Source of the DNA: Clostridiales bacterium
GTDB lineage: Bacteria; Bacillota; Clostridia; Oscillospirales; Acutalibacteraceae
NCBI GenBank assembly: GCA_024680655.1
Contig: JAILBY010000026.1
Span: 4,109-68,108, forward strand
DNA: 64,000 bases
Direction: 5' to 3'
Shown: in pieces, positions 46,687 through 56,721 of the stretch
Numbering within the stretch: position 1 is the first letter of the stretch
How the letters are laid out: every line of letters starts with the position of its first letter
Position numbers and translations under genes: made by a program
Notes under the pieces: generated by a model
Seen by the model: only the letters and a program-made list of their open reading frames with translations
Databases searched by the model: none
What the model was told of the DNA's origin: nothing

Positions 46687-47825
46687 TTATGAATAAAACA
46701 GAAAAACTTAGGGTTATGATTGTAATGGGAACGCGCCCAGAAATTATAAAGCTTTCAGCTGTTATAAAAAAATGTGATAAATATTTTAATTTACAGATTG
46801 TTCATACAGGGCAGAATTATGATTATGAACTAAATAAGGTTTTCTTTGAAGATTTACAGATTCGTGAACCGGATTTCTATTTGAATGTAGTTGGGGACAG
46901 CCTTGGTAAAACAATGGGGAATATTATTTCAAAATCATATGAACTTTTTACAGAGCAGAAACCTGACGCTGTGCTTGTGTTGGGTGATACAAATTCTTGC
47001 CTTTGCGTTATTGCCGCAAAACGTCTGAAGATTCCAATTTTTCATATGGAAGCAGGAAACCGTTGTAAAGATGAAAATCTTCCGGAAGAGGTTATTCGTC
47101 GTATTGTTGATGTGACGAGTGATGTAAACCTTTGTTATTCGGAAAATGCCAGAAAATATATTTTGGATACTGGTGTAAAGCCTGAGTATACCTTTGTTAC
47201 AGGTTCTCCCATGGCTGAGGTTCTGAATTGTTGCATAGATAAAATCAATGCAAGCAATGTTTTGGAAGAATTAAAGTTAAAGCCGAGAAATTACATTCTT
47301 CTTTCTGCGCATCGAGAAGAGAATATTGACAATGAAGAAAATTTTATGGCCCTGATGAGTGCTGTAAATGCAATGGCTGAAACTTATGACATGCCCATTT
47401 TGTATTCATGCCACCCACGTTCAAGAAAGATGATTGAAAAACGTGGTTTTAAGTTTGATGAGAGAGTTATACAACATCAGCCATTGGGTTTTTTTGATTA
47501 CAACTATTTGCAGCAAAATGCCTTTTGCGTTGTTTCTGATAGTGGGACCATACCTGAGGAAGCTAGTTATTTTAAATTTCCTGCCGTTTCTGTTCGTACA
47601 AGTACAGAAAGGCCTGAGGCTATGGAAAAAGGAGTGTTCGTTGTTGGCAGCATTACAAAGGAACATGTTTTACAGGCTGTGGATTTGGCGGTGAGCATGC
47701 ATGAAAATGGCGATGCGGGGCTTACAGTGCCTGCTTATACTGATACAAATGTATCGGTAAAGGTGGTAAAAATCATCCAAGGCTATGTAGGGATAGTTAA
47801 TAAAATGATTTGGCGAAAGTGTTAG
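46683..47825 (+). CDS. UDP-N-acetylglucosamine 2-epimerase, non-hydrolysing type (FnlC/WbvD/CapG-like)
   Basis: MGTRPEIIKL, VHTGQNYD, VLGDTNS, HMEAGNR, VSDSGTIPEEA. Confidence 0.9.
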   Translation: MIMNKTEKLRVMIVMGTRPEIIKLSAVIKKCDKYFNLQIVHTGQNYDYELNKVFFEDLQIREPDFYLNVVGDSLGKTMGNIISKSYELFTEQKPDAVLVLGDTNSCLCVIAAKRLKIPIFHMEAGNRCKDENLPEEVIRRIVDVTSDVNLCYSENARKYILDTGVKPEYTFVTGSPMAEVLNCCIDKINASNVLEELKLKPRNYILLSAHREENIDNEENFMALMSAVNAMAETYDMPILYSCHPRSRKMIEKRGFKFDERVIQHQPLGFFDYNYLQQNAFCVVSDSGTIPEEASYFKFPAVSVRTSTERPEAMEKGVFVVGSITKEHVLQAVDLAVSMHENGDAGLTVPAYTDTNVSVKVVKIIQGYVGIVNKMIWRKC

Positions 47826-47863
47826 TTTTTTTTGAGTGCATGTGATTTTAAGGATAATGTTTT

Positions 47864-49996
47864 ATGAATAAAGAGTTCAAATATAGTGATATCTTAATAT
47901 CTTTCATGTTTTCAACTGTTTTAATTTTTGTTTTTTTGGCATATTGTGATTTTGTTGCGGAGCCCAATTTTGATGTTTTGTTGACAAAAGCCTTTTCGCG
48001 TTTGTTTTCAATGAAAATATGGCTGGCTATATTTTTATTCTTCGTGATTTTCTTTATTTATAGAAAACATTTTAAAATTATAAATGATTTTATTTTTCAT
48101 TATCGTTTTGCTATTGTTTTTGCAATCTTTGCATTATGCGTCTTTTTTGAAATAACTGGGTCGTCAATCGGAATGTGGTGCGCTTATTTGGGTGAGGCTG
48201 ACAATGATGTTGTTCTCGGCGTTTCTCGCCCGATTCGTACCGATGAATGGGCTGTTTCCACGCCTATAGCAATCTCACAGTATTATAATTATTCCGGCTC
48301 TTTTCCTTACTTTAGCGATACGGTCCGTGCTGCTGCCACAGACGTGTTCTTGGTGTCTGGAACAGCCGTTAAAAACCCGCTAATTTTTTTTCGCCCATTT
48401 TATTGGGGGTATCTTTTCCTTCCGGTGGCAAAAGGTATGGCCTTTTTTTGGTGCGGTAGATTGCTTGCATTGCTGTTGGTTTCTTTTGAATTTGGAATGC
48501 TCATAACAAATCGAAATAAATCATTGTCAGTTGTTATGGCGATTATGATCGCCTATGCTCCTGCTGTCCAGTGGTGGTTTTATGGATTTGCAGAGCTTCT
48601 TATTTATACACAGCTTTCTGTGTTGTGTTTAAAAAAATATTTGAATGAGAACTTGCTTGTAAAACGAATATGTCTTCTTGCGGTGATAGTTATTTGCGCT
48701 GGCGGCTATGTGCTTACTTTTTATCCGCCATGGATGATTCCATGCGTATATGTTCTGCTTGCGCTGATTTTATGGGTTTTATTAGAGAACTATAAAGATT
48801 GCAGGATGAGATTAATAGACTGGATTTGCATTGCAATTGCGATTCTAGTATTTATGCTTTCTATGCTTTATTTATATCAAAAATCAAAGGGGACAATTCA
48901 AGCATTGATGAATACTGTTTATCCGGGAGAAAGGTTTGAAACTGGAGGAGGAGGATTAAACAGTCTCTTTTTATATATAACAAATATTTGGCATTCTGTT
49001 CTTGGAGAAGGTGCTGTTGCCAATGTCTGTGAAAGTAGTTATTTCATTGATTTTTTTCCAATTTGTTGGCTTCTGCCGATAGCGGCACTTAACAAGAAAG
49101 AAGATAAAGATGTTTTGTCAATGTTTTTGTTTTTGGTCAGTCTGTTTTTGGGAGTTTATTGTGTTTTCGGTTTTCCAAGAACACTTGCTCGGTTCACGCT
49201 CCTTAGAAATGCAGCTACAGGTCGTGCCATTGTTATTTTTGGTTTTTGCAATATTCTGCTTCTGATTCGCTCTGTTTCAATAAATAAAAAGTATTCTATC
49301 TCATTGCAAAGTTCTATTGTAATAGCTCTTGTTTTTTTGCTTATCGCATTGCAAGCTTGTAAAGCTTTAAATCCGCATTATTTGTATAAGTCAAAAAAAA
49401 TTCTTATGTCGACAATCGCTGTGTTTTTTGGTCTGTATTTTTGTTTGCTCTCATTTAACAAAAATAACTTATTTTTCTTGTGGAAGTGTGGAACTGTCAT
49501 TCTCGTTTTGTTTGCAAGTTTTTTGGCGAATCCAATTAGACATGGTATAAAATCTGTGGAAAATATTTCGTTGTTACGCACAATGAAAGAAATTCATCTT
49601 CATGAACCTGATGCAAAATGGATGATAGAAGGTGAGGGGATACCTTTTAATTTAGGGTTGTTTGTGGGAATTCCCACTGTAAATTCAACAAATATTTATC
49701 CGAACATTGAAAGGTGGCGTGGCTTTGATTCTGAAAGGAAATATGAGCAGATTTACAATAGATATGCGAACTGCATTATTATGCATTTGATAGATCAAGA
49801 TGAACTTATGACATTTTCGTTACCTGGTACGGATTTTTTTGCATGTAATCTTAATATGGATGCTGCCAGACAATTGGATGTTTCGTATATAATGACCCGG
49901 GGTGATTTGACGCCATTTGTTTACAATGGTGACGTGACTTTTATAACTATGACAAACGGATGTGCGTTTTACAAGGTCAATGCAAGCAAGAAATGA
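47864..49996 (+). CDS. Large polytopic membrane protein with C-terminal soluble domain (GT-C-like candidate), function unknown
   Basis: 710 aa with more than 12 hydrophobic segments. The early extracytoplasmic loop contains RPIRTDEW. No family recognised. Confidence 0.5.
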   Translation: MNKEFKYSDILISFMFSTVLIFVFLAYCDFVAEPNFDVLLTKAFSRLFSMKIWLAIFLFFVIFFIYRKHFKIINDFIFHYRFAIVFAIFALCVFFEITGSSIGMWCAYLGEADNDVVLGVSRPIRTDEWAVSTPIAISQYYNYSGSFPYFSDTVRAAATDVFLVSGTAVKNPLIFFRPFYWGYLFLPVAKGMAFFWCGRLLALLLVSFEFGMLITNRNKSLSVVMAIMIAYAPAVQWWFYGFAELLIYTQLSVLCLKKYLNENLLVKRICLLAVIVICAGGYVLTFYPPWMIPCVYVLLALILWVLLENYKDCRMRLIDWICIAIAILVFMLSMLYLYQKSKGTIQALMNTVYPGERFETGGGGLNSLFLYITNIWHSVLGEGAVANVCESSYFIDFFPICWLLPIAALNKKEDKDVLSMFLFLVSLFLGVYCVFGFPRTLARFTLLRNAATGRAIVIFGFCNILLLIRSVSINKKYSISLQSSIVIALVFLLIALQACKALNPHYLYKSKKILMSTIAVFFGLYFCLLSFNKNNLFFLWKCGTVILVLFASFLANPIRHGIKSVENISLLRTMKEIHLHEPDAKWMIEGEGIPFNLGLFVGIPTVNSTNIYPNIERWRGFDSERKYEQIYNRYANCIIMHLIDQDELMTFSLPGTDFFACNLNMDAARQLDVSYIMTRGDLTPFVYNGDVTFITMTNGCAFYKVNASKK

Positions 49997-50029
49997 ATTT
50001 GATACAGTGTTGATTTTTTACGGTTTGTA

Positions 50030-50058
50030 TTGATTTTACTATTGTCAATTATTAAAAT
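50030..50058 (+). promoter_or_regulatory. sigma70-like promoter candidate for module 5
   Basis: TTGATT (50030-50035), 17-nt spacer, TAAAAT (50053-50058), in the 113-nt gap before ATG 50110. Confidence 0.4.
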
Positions 50059-50109
50059 ATAAGATAAAATAATAACTATCTTTTTTATAATATAAAGTGG
50101 GACATTTTT

Positions 50110-52539
50110 ATGGTCGTTTACATATATGGAGCGGGAGTTTACGCAAAGCGTTGTTATGAAGATGTCACTAGACTTGGTTTTTCTGTAAAGGCTTTTGTTG
50201 TGACCGACAAGGCGGACAATCCGCAAGAGTTGTTTTTGTTGCCAGTGCTTTGCGTTGACGATTTGAGCTTGCTTGCAGATGATGTGTTGATTGTCGCTCT
50301 AAAAGAAGCGTTTCGGGAAGATGTCGCAGAAATCTTGAAAAAGCGGAACGTTAAAAATGTCTATTATTATCCTGACGTAACGCGGTTGGATGTCGCTACC
50401 GCCATGTGGATGAACCGTATTGTGGCGGAATCGAGCGGCTATAAGCGTGTTTATGTTTATGGCGCCGGCGCTTACGGCCAACTGTGTCTTAGAGCCTTCG
50501 CGCAGAGAAATGTAAAAGTTGATGGATTTTTAGTCACGGATAAGGCTGGCAACCAAGAATTGCTGAACGACATTCCAGTTTTTGCGTTAAAGGATTTCAA
50601 TGTTCCCTCCAAGGAAACATTGATTGTTGTTGCGCTTAAGCCTAAATATAGGGACGAAGTCCTTCCTCTTTTACGAGCTGCGGGCTATTCAAACTATATA
50701 TGCTTTAAGGATGAAATTCTGGAAAATGAGGTAGCAGGGCAGGGCACTTCGGAGAATGCAGATAATAATGGAGATGTGACTGGCAACAAGCAAGAGGACG
50801 ACAATATTTTTGCTTCTATATGGCGCCGACGGCATGACTTTGTTATAGAGCCGGAGTCTTTTGGCTGTCGGTATTCCATAGTAGAAAAGCAACGAAAATT
50901 ACAATTCCCTAAAAAAATTAAATTTAGCATTTTGACCCCTCTTTACAACACGCAGGAAGACTTTTTGAGGGAAATGATTGCTTCTGTTCTAGGCCAGTCG
51001 TATGAAAATTGGGAGTTGTGCCTTTCTGACGGCAGTGATTCCGCTCATTCTTATGTTCGTGATATTTGCGAAAAAATTGCTTCAAAAGACAATCGTATAA
51101 AGTATAAAAAGTTAGACAAGAATAAGGGGATATCCGAAAACACCAACGTCTGTCTTGGCATGGCCACTGGAGACTATGTCGCTTTGTTGGATCATGACGA
51201 TTTATTGCATCCTGCGGCTCTTTATGAAATGATGAAGGTGATTTCAAACTGTGATGCCGACTTTATTTATACGGACGAGGCAACATTTAATAGCCCTAAT
51301 TTACATGAGATTATTGGAACAAATTTTAAGCCGGACTTTGCCCCAGATTATTTTTACGCTGTGAACTATATATGTCATTTTACCGCTTTCTCAAAAAAAC
51401 TGCTTGATAAGATTGGTAATTTTAATTCTGAATACGACGGAGCTCAGGATTACGATTTGTTTTTGAGGTTGACTGAAAAAGCTCGTTGTATAAAGCATAT
51501 TCCCAAGTGCCTGTATTATTGGCGAGGAAGCGAGACTTCGACATCTGTGAATGCCGCCTCAAAGTCTTACACTTGCATAGCCGGGCAAAAGGCGGTTATG
51601 GCTCACTTTAAGAGAGTTGGCGTGAATGCAAGTGTCTATTTGGGACACGTAGAGAATACATATCGCGTTAAGTATGAAATAAAAGATGAGCCGCTGATTT
51701 CCATTATAATTCCAAATTATGAGCATTGGGAGAGTTTAAAAAAGTGTGTTGAGTCGATAATTGGATTTTCAACATATAAAAATTATGAGATAATCGTTGT
51801 AGAAAACAACAGCAAATCTTCTGAAACTTTCGCTTACTACAAGGAACTTGAAGGGAAAACAAAGGTAAGAATTGTGACATGGGAAGGGAAATTCAATTAC
51901 TCTGCCATAAATAATTTTGCCGTAAAATATGCCAACGGTGAATATATTTTACTTTTGAACAATGATGTTGAAGTCATTACAGCCAATTGGCTGGAAGAGA
52001 TGCTTATGTACGCCCAACGGTCGGACGTGGGCGCTGTTGGGGCTATGCTTTACTATCCCTCAAATAAAATTCAGCATGCCGGTGTCATTGTGGGGCTTGG
52101 CGGTGTTGCTGGACATTCGCACAAACAGTTTAACCGGGATGGGACACCTGGATATGCTCGTAGAAAAGTTGTTCCCCAAAATCTTTCAGCGGTCACGGCA
52201 GCATGCGTGATGATTCCAAAAAAAGTTTTTGATGAAGTTGGCGGCCTTGACGAAATGTTTGAGGTGGCCTTTAACGATGTTGACTTATGCCTTAGAATCA
52301 GAAGCGCTGGATACACCGTTGTTTGGACTCCTTTTGCAGAGCTTTATCATTATGAATCCGAGACCCGAGGATATGAGGACACGCCTGAAAAACAGGCGAG
52401 GGCGGATAGCGAAGAGTATTTGTTTAAAGAAAGATGGCAGAAGTTTTTGGCGGCAGGAGATCCATATTACAATAAAAATTTGACGTTGGATTATGAAAAT
52501 TTTGCTATTGCAGGGTTTCACACTCTTTTTCACTGTTAG
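50110..52539 (+). CDS. Two tandem Rossmann-like modules + two GT2 domains; dual glycosyltransferase
   Basis: VYIYGAGVYAKRCY...KAFVVTD and VYVYGAGAYGQLCL...DGFLVTD modules. GT2-1: FSILTPLYNT...LCLSDGSD...LLDHDD. GT2-2: ISIIIPNYEH...IIVVENNS...LLNNDVEV, AFNDVDLCLR. Confidence 0.85.
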   Translation: MVVYIYGAGVYAKRCYEDVTRLGFSVKAFVVTDKADNPQELFLLPVLCVDDLSLLADDVLIVALKEAFREDVAEILKKRNVKNVYYYPDVTRLDVATAMWMNRIVAESSGYKRVYVYGAGAYGQLCLRAFAQRNVKVDGFLVTDKAGNQELLNDIPVFALKDFNVPSKETLIVVALKPKYRDEVLPLLRAAGYSNYICFKDEILENEVAGQGTSENADNNGDVTGNKQEDDNIFASIWRRRHDFVIEPESFGCRYSIVEKQRKLQFPKKIKFSILTPLYNTQEDFLREMIASVLGQSYENWELCLSDGSDSAHSYVRDICEKIASKDNRIKYKKLDKNKGISENTNVCLGMATGDYVALLDHDDLLHPAALYEMMKVISNCDADFIYTDEATFNSPNLHEIIGTNFKPDFAPDYFYAVNYICHFTAFSKKLLDKIGNFNSEYDGAQDYDLFLRLTEKARCIKHIPKCLYYWRGSETSTSVNAASKSYTCIAGQKAVMAHFKRVGVNASVYLGHVENTYRVKYEIKDEPLISIIIPNYEHWESLKKCVESIIGFSTYKNYEIIVVENNSKSSETFAYYKELEGKTKVRIVTWEGKFNYSAINNFAVKYANGEYILLLNNDVEVITANWLEEMLMYAQRSDVGAVGAMLYYPSNKIQHAGVIVGLGGVAGHSHKQFNRDGTPGYARRKVVPQNLSAVTAACVMIPKKVFDEVGGLDEMFEVAFNDVDLCLRIRSAGYTVVWTPFAELYHYESETRGYEDTPEKQARADSEEYLFKERWQKFLAAGDPYYNKNLTLDYENFAIAGFHTLFHC

Positions 52540-52563
52540 AATGCCGCGTAAGGAGTTAACTTT

Positions 52564-53934
52564 ATGAGAGGGCCGGATTTGATTTCTGTAATAATTCCGA
52601 CATACAACAGAGCCTATTGTTTGGAAAAATCGATGCGCTCTGTGCTTAACCAAACTTATGGCAACATAGAGTTGATTGTTGTTGACGATTGTTCCACTGA
52701 CAATACAGAATCTGTTGTTCGTTCAATAGACGATTCTAGGTTGCGATATATAAAGTTGGGTAAAAACGGCGGCCCGTCAAAGGCAAGAAATGTTGGCATA
52801 GAGAATGCTCGTGGTAAATACATAGCCTTTCATGATTCCGATGACGTGTGCCATTTGGACAAATTGGAAAAACAATATGCCGAAATAATGAAGGATGAAA
52901 GCGTTCTTATGGTGTTTTGCCGATACAAAGTTTTTGGTGAAAAAGAATCAATTGTGCCTGCGGCAGATGTTGTTAATTGTGATGATAATTTTTTTGAACT
53001 TTTATTACAAGGTAATGTTATAGGTACGCCAACTATGTTGGTGAAAAAAAGTGTTTTTGACATTGTTGGCGGATTTAATGAGAGCCTTTCGACGTACGAG
53101 GATTGGGAACTTGCCTTGCGATTGGCTAAAAATGGAAGGATTTCATTTGTGGATGAAATCTTGTTGGATGTGTATGATTCAAAGAGTTCTGTAAATAAAC
53201 TTTTTGGGGTAAAAAGAATAAACGCTATCTTGCTTTTCTTTTCTCTTTATTGGAATGATGTTGAGGACAAGGCCGCATTTAAAACATTGGTTTTTTTAAT
53301 TTTTGCCGAGCTTAAATTTGCTGATGAAGCAGCTCAAAAAGAAACGTTGGATAAATTGAACCTTTACTTTCCTTTTTCGTCCTTGTTTTACCAGACTTAT
53401 CGCCTTACAAATGATCATATTGATAACCTTAGCACTAACTTGTCCAACATGAAGGCCGCCCATGATAACGCCGTTTCGATAATTTCAAATCTGCAAAATG
53501 AGTTGAATTTGCGACAGAATCACATCAATAATTTGAATGATACAATCAATAATTTGAATGATACAATCAATAATTTGAATAATACAATCAATTTCGAAAA
53601 ATCCAAAAAGTTCCTCATCAAAAAATGTGTAAACTATTTCTGTGATGATGGACTTGTGGCGAAACTTGGTACTAATTTCTCTTTATATGGTGCTGGAGAG
53701 GTCGCTCAAATCCTAATTCCTCTGTGTAAAAAATCAGGAATAGTAATTCCATATACAATCGACAGGAAGCCTAAAATTGTTGATGGCGTTCCTTCCTATA
53801 CTGTTTCTGATATTCCTGACAAAGAGCTTCCAATTATCATAACAGCTTACGATCCGCAGCGGTCAATAATTGGCGAGCTAAAAAAAGCACACAATGGTCC
53901 AATTCAATATCTTGATGAATTGCTAGTTGATTGA
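52564..53934 (+). CDS. GT2 glycosyltransferase + coiled-coil segment + C-terminal Rossmann-like module
   Basis: ISVIIPTYNRAYCL...LIVVDDCSTDNT, FHDSDD. Heptad-rich region at aa 283-348. C-terminal FSLYGAGEVAQIL. Confidence 0.85.
   Translation: MRGPDLISVIIPTYNRAYCLEKSMRSVLNQTYGNIELIVVDDCSTDNTESVVRSIDDSRLRYIKLGKNGGPSKARNVGIENARGKYIAFHDSDDVCHLDKLEKQYAEIMKDESVLMVFCRYKVFGEKESIVPAADVVNCDDNFFELLLQGNVIGTPTMLVKKSVFDIVGGFNESLSTYEDWELALRLAKNGRISFVDEILLDVYDSKSSVNKLFGVKRINAILLFFSLYWNDVEDKAAFKTLVFLIFAELKFADEAAQKETLDKLNLYFPFSSLFYQTYRLTNDHIDNLSTNLSNMKAAHDNAVSIISNLQNELNLRQNHINNLNDTINNLNDTINNLNNTINFEKSKKFLIKKCVNYFCDDGLVAKLGTNFSLYGAGEVAQILIPLCKKSGIVIPYTIDRKPKIVDGVPSYTVSDIPDKELPIIITAYDPQRSIIGELKKAHNGPIQYLDELLVD
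53524..53594 (+). repeat. 21-nt in-frame tandem repeat (3.3 copies) encoding the heptad INNLNDT
   Basis: atcaataatttgaatgataca at 53524-53544 and 53545-53565. 53566-53586 carries one substitution. A partial copy runs to 53594. Confidence 0.95.
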
Positions 53935-53946
53935 TAGAATCTTAAA

Positions 53947-55215
53947 ATGAAATTTTCTGTTGTAGTTCCTGTCTGCAATGTAGAGAAGTATCTTGCAGAA
54001 TGTTTGGACAGTATTCTTAAACAAAACATTTCTTCATTGGAAGTAGTATGTGTCAATGACGGCTCAACTGATTCATCACTTTCTATTTTGCGTGAGTTTG
54101 CAAAAAGTGATAGTCGCGTTGTGGTTGTTGATAAGCCCAATTCTGGTTATGGGGATTCTGTAAATATTGGCATAAATCGTGCCTCTGGTGATTATATAGG
54201 AATTGTTGAAAGTGATGACATCGTAGTTGATGGAATCTTTCAAAAAATGCTTACTATTGCAAAAAATACAGGCGTTGATTTTGTAAAAGGAACTTTCAAT
54301 TTTTACCAGGCAGAGAGTTGCACTCGGAATTTACATCCTAATTTTATGAATCTTCCATGCGACAAAATAATTTCTGTAAATGAATATCCTGAACTTTTCT
54401 TTACAGCGCCTTCAATATGGAGCGGAGTCTATAAGAGGTCCTTCCTCGACGAGAACAAAATTCGTTTCTTGCCGACTCCAGGAGCAAGTTATCAGGATAC
54501 TTCCTTTGCGTTCAAAGTCTGGGCGACAGCAAAGTCCGTGTACCTGCTTTCTGATCCTGTTATTGATTACCGGCAGGATAGTTCAGGCTCTTCAAGCAAC
54601 ATAAGCAAAAAAGTATTTAATATTTTTAATGAAACAAAAGAAATGGAGCGTTTTATAAAAGAAAATGAACTTGAGCGTTTTTATCCAGAATTCGTAAAGA
54701 CGAAATTCATAAGTTATGCATGGACCCTTGCTAGGCTCAATGAAAATGACAAGCGTAAGTTTTTTTTGCGGTGGATTCCAGAATTGACATCAGAATTTGA
54801 AAAAGGGTATTTTGTAAAAAAATATTGGGATGATTATAATTGGAATTACATTCATCAACTTGTTTTTAATCCCCAGCAAAGCATAGAAAATGTTTGTTCT
54901 TCTACGCCTATTTTAGCTCCTGCATTTTCCAAAATTGAAATTTTATCAAAAATTACACCTGTTTACATATATGGAGCTGGAAAATACGGTCAGATTGCAT
55001 TAAAGAAACTAAAAGTTCATGGAGTAAATACTTCTGCATTCGTTGTTTCTAGTAGAGATGATAACCCTGGAAGTGTTGATGGAATACCCGTTATTCAACT
55101 CGATGAAATTGACAAAGATGGAATCATCTTTATAGGTTTATCTGAAAAGTATAAGATGGAAGTTCTTAAATTATTAAAAGATAGATGGCTTTTTAATAAT
55201 GTATTTGAAATTTGA
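53947..55215 (+). CDS. GT2 glycosyltransferase + C-terminal Rossmann-like module
   Basis: FSVVVPVCNVEKYL...VVCVNDGSTDSS, VESDD. C-terminal VYIYGAGKYGQIALKKL...SAFVVSSRDDNPG. Confidence 0.85.
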   Translation: MKFSVVVPVCNVEKYLAECLDSILKQNISSLEVVCVNDGSTDSSLSILREFAKSDSRVVVVDKPNSGYGDSVNIGINRASGDYIGIVESDDIVVDGIFQKMLTIAKNTGVDFVKGTFNFYQAESCTRNLHPNFMNLPCDKIISVNEYPELFFTAPSIWSGVYKRSFLDENKIRFLPTPGASYQDTSFAFKVWATAKSVYLLSDPVIDYRQDSSGSSSNISKKVFNIFNETKEMERFIKENELERFYPEFVKTKFISYAWTLARLNENDKRKFFLRWIPELTSEFEKGYFVKKYWDDYNWNYIHQLVFNPQQSIENVCSSTPILAPAFSKIEILSKITPVYIYGAGKYGQIALKKLKVHGVNTSAFVVSSRDDNPGSVDGIPVIQLDEIDKDGIIFIGLSEKYKMEVLKLLKDRWLFNNVFEI

Positions 55216-55224
55216 GAGAAAAAT

Positions 55225-56721
55225 ATGAATTCGAAAAATTCTATAATAAAAGTCAGTTATATTTTGTTAGTATTGGCAGGACTAAGTTTGTTATGCCTTG
55301 TACCTTTCGCTGTAGTTTGTGTTTCAAAAATACTTAACGAGGGACTTGGTAGTCTAGGAATGCATGGAATAAGTCACAACTATCATTATCTTGCATCCTT
55401 CGGGATATTTAGTTTTATTATTTGTTTTTTTTCTTCTATCGCCTTATACCTATTATCTAGGCTCCATAAATATAAATCATTTTCAAAATCGCAGAAAATA
55501 CATTTCTATACGGCAATTTCTGCCTTTGTTCTTATTTTTATTTTACATAATTTTATAAATCCTGATTTTGGTGACGATATTATTTGGCGAAAGTATTTGG
55601 ATCAAATAACCCTAACAGAAATTATCGGCTTTAATTTTTTCACGCATCAAAGTCGTATTATTGGTACCGTTGGCGGAGCCATATTTACCTGGCTTCATCC
55701 CATTTTTTGGTGTTTTTTTGATTCCCTTTTTATGGTTATAATCATAGAAGAGATAATCTACATATTTATGAAAGATGAATTAAAAAAGTATTCTTTTCTT
55801 GTTTACCTTTATGTTTTTCTTATTCCGCTTAGAGTTTATTATTGTGCTGGTTGGGAAATCACAACAATCACATATGTTTGGCCTTTGGCATTTTTCCTAC
55901 CATGTTTTATGATGGTAAAAAAAATATTTTCAGGGGCAGAGGTTTGTTTTTACGAATTTATAGTCACTCTTGTTTTTGCTGCAATGGGAGCCACTGAGCT
56001 ATCATTGGTTCCTGTGCTTTTGGTTGCGTCTATAGTTTTTATAATGTATCAAGTTTTTTTTCGAGAAAACCATTTTTGTCCGATAAACAGCTATTTATTG
56101 TTGCTTTTTCTTGTTGCGATATTTAGCTTGTTGGTAGTTATTTTTACACCTGGAAACTGGCATAGGGCAGAAGAGGAACTGCGTTGGTTCCCCGAATATC
56201 CATCTTTATCATTATTCAACAAACTGTCGATGGGATTGTTGACTGCAATGTCATATTTTTTTGCCGGTAGTTATTTTAACTTGCTTATAATACCATTTCT
56301 GATTGTCATGATTTATGCTTTTATAAAAAAACGACAGTATTTATCATTGTCAGGGGTAATTTTTCCTCTCTCCCTTGTTTTTATGAGCATGTTTAATATA
56401 CTCCCATGGTTAAAAAATGACAAAATTCTTTATTTTTCTGAATATTCAATATCAATTGTAAACACTGAAATTATTATATATTTTGTTATCTGGTTACTTT
56501 GTCTTATGCTGATTTATCAGGCTGCGGGAAAAGGTTGGTATGGACTACTTATAGATCTTGTTTTTTTAGCCGGTTTTGGAACAAAATTTATGGTTTGCTT
56601 TAGTCCTACCGTATATGCATCTGATGTAAGAACAACATATTATATGTCCATATCTGTTATTATGGTTTCTACTGCAGTTTTTTCAAAAGGAAATGTACAA
56701 TGGAAACAGAAAAAAAATTAA
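55225..56721 (+). CDS. Polytopic membrane protein (Wzy/GT-C-like candidate), function unknown
   Basis: 498 aa with about 12 hydrophobic segments. No catalytic motif recognised. Confidence 0.5.
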   Translation: MNSKNSIIKVSYILLVLAGLSLLCLVPFAVVCVSKILNEGLGSLGMHGISHNYHYLASFGIFSFIICFFSSIALYLLSRLHKYKSFSKSQKIHFYTAISAFVLIFILHNFINPDFGDDIIWRKYLDQITLTEIIGFNFFTHQSRIIGTVGGAIFTWLHPIFWCFFDSLFMVIIIEEIIYIFMKDELKKYSFLVYLYVFLIPLRVYYCAGWEITTITYVWPLAFFLPCFMMVKKIFSGAEVCFYEFIVTLVFAAMGATELSLVPVLLVASIVFIMYQVFFRENHFCPINSYLLLLFLVAIFSLLVVIFTPGNWHRAEEELRWFPEYPSLSLFNKLSMGLLTAMSYFFAGSYFNLLIIPFLIVMIYAFIKKRQYLSLSGVIFPLSLVFMSMFNILPWLKNDKILYFSEYSISIVNTEIIIYFVIWLLCLMLIYQAAGKGWYGLLIDLVFLAGFGTKFMVCFSPTVYASDVRTTYYMSISVIMVSTAVFSKGNVQWKQKKN

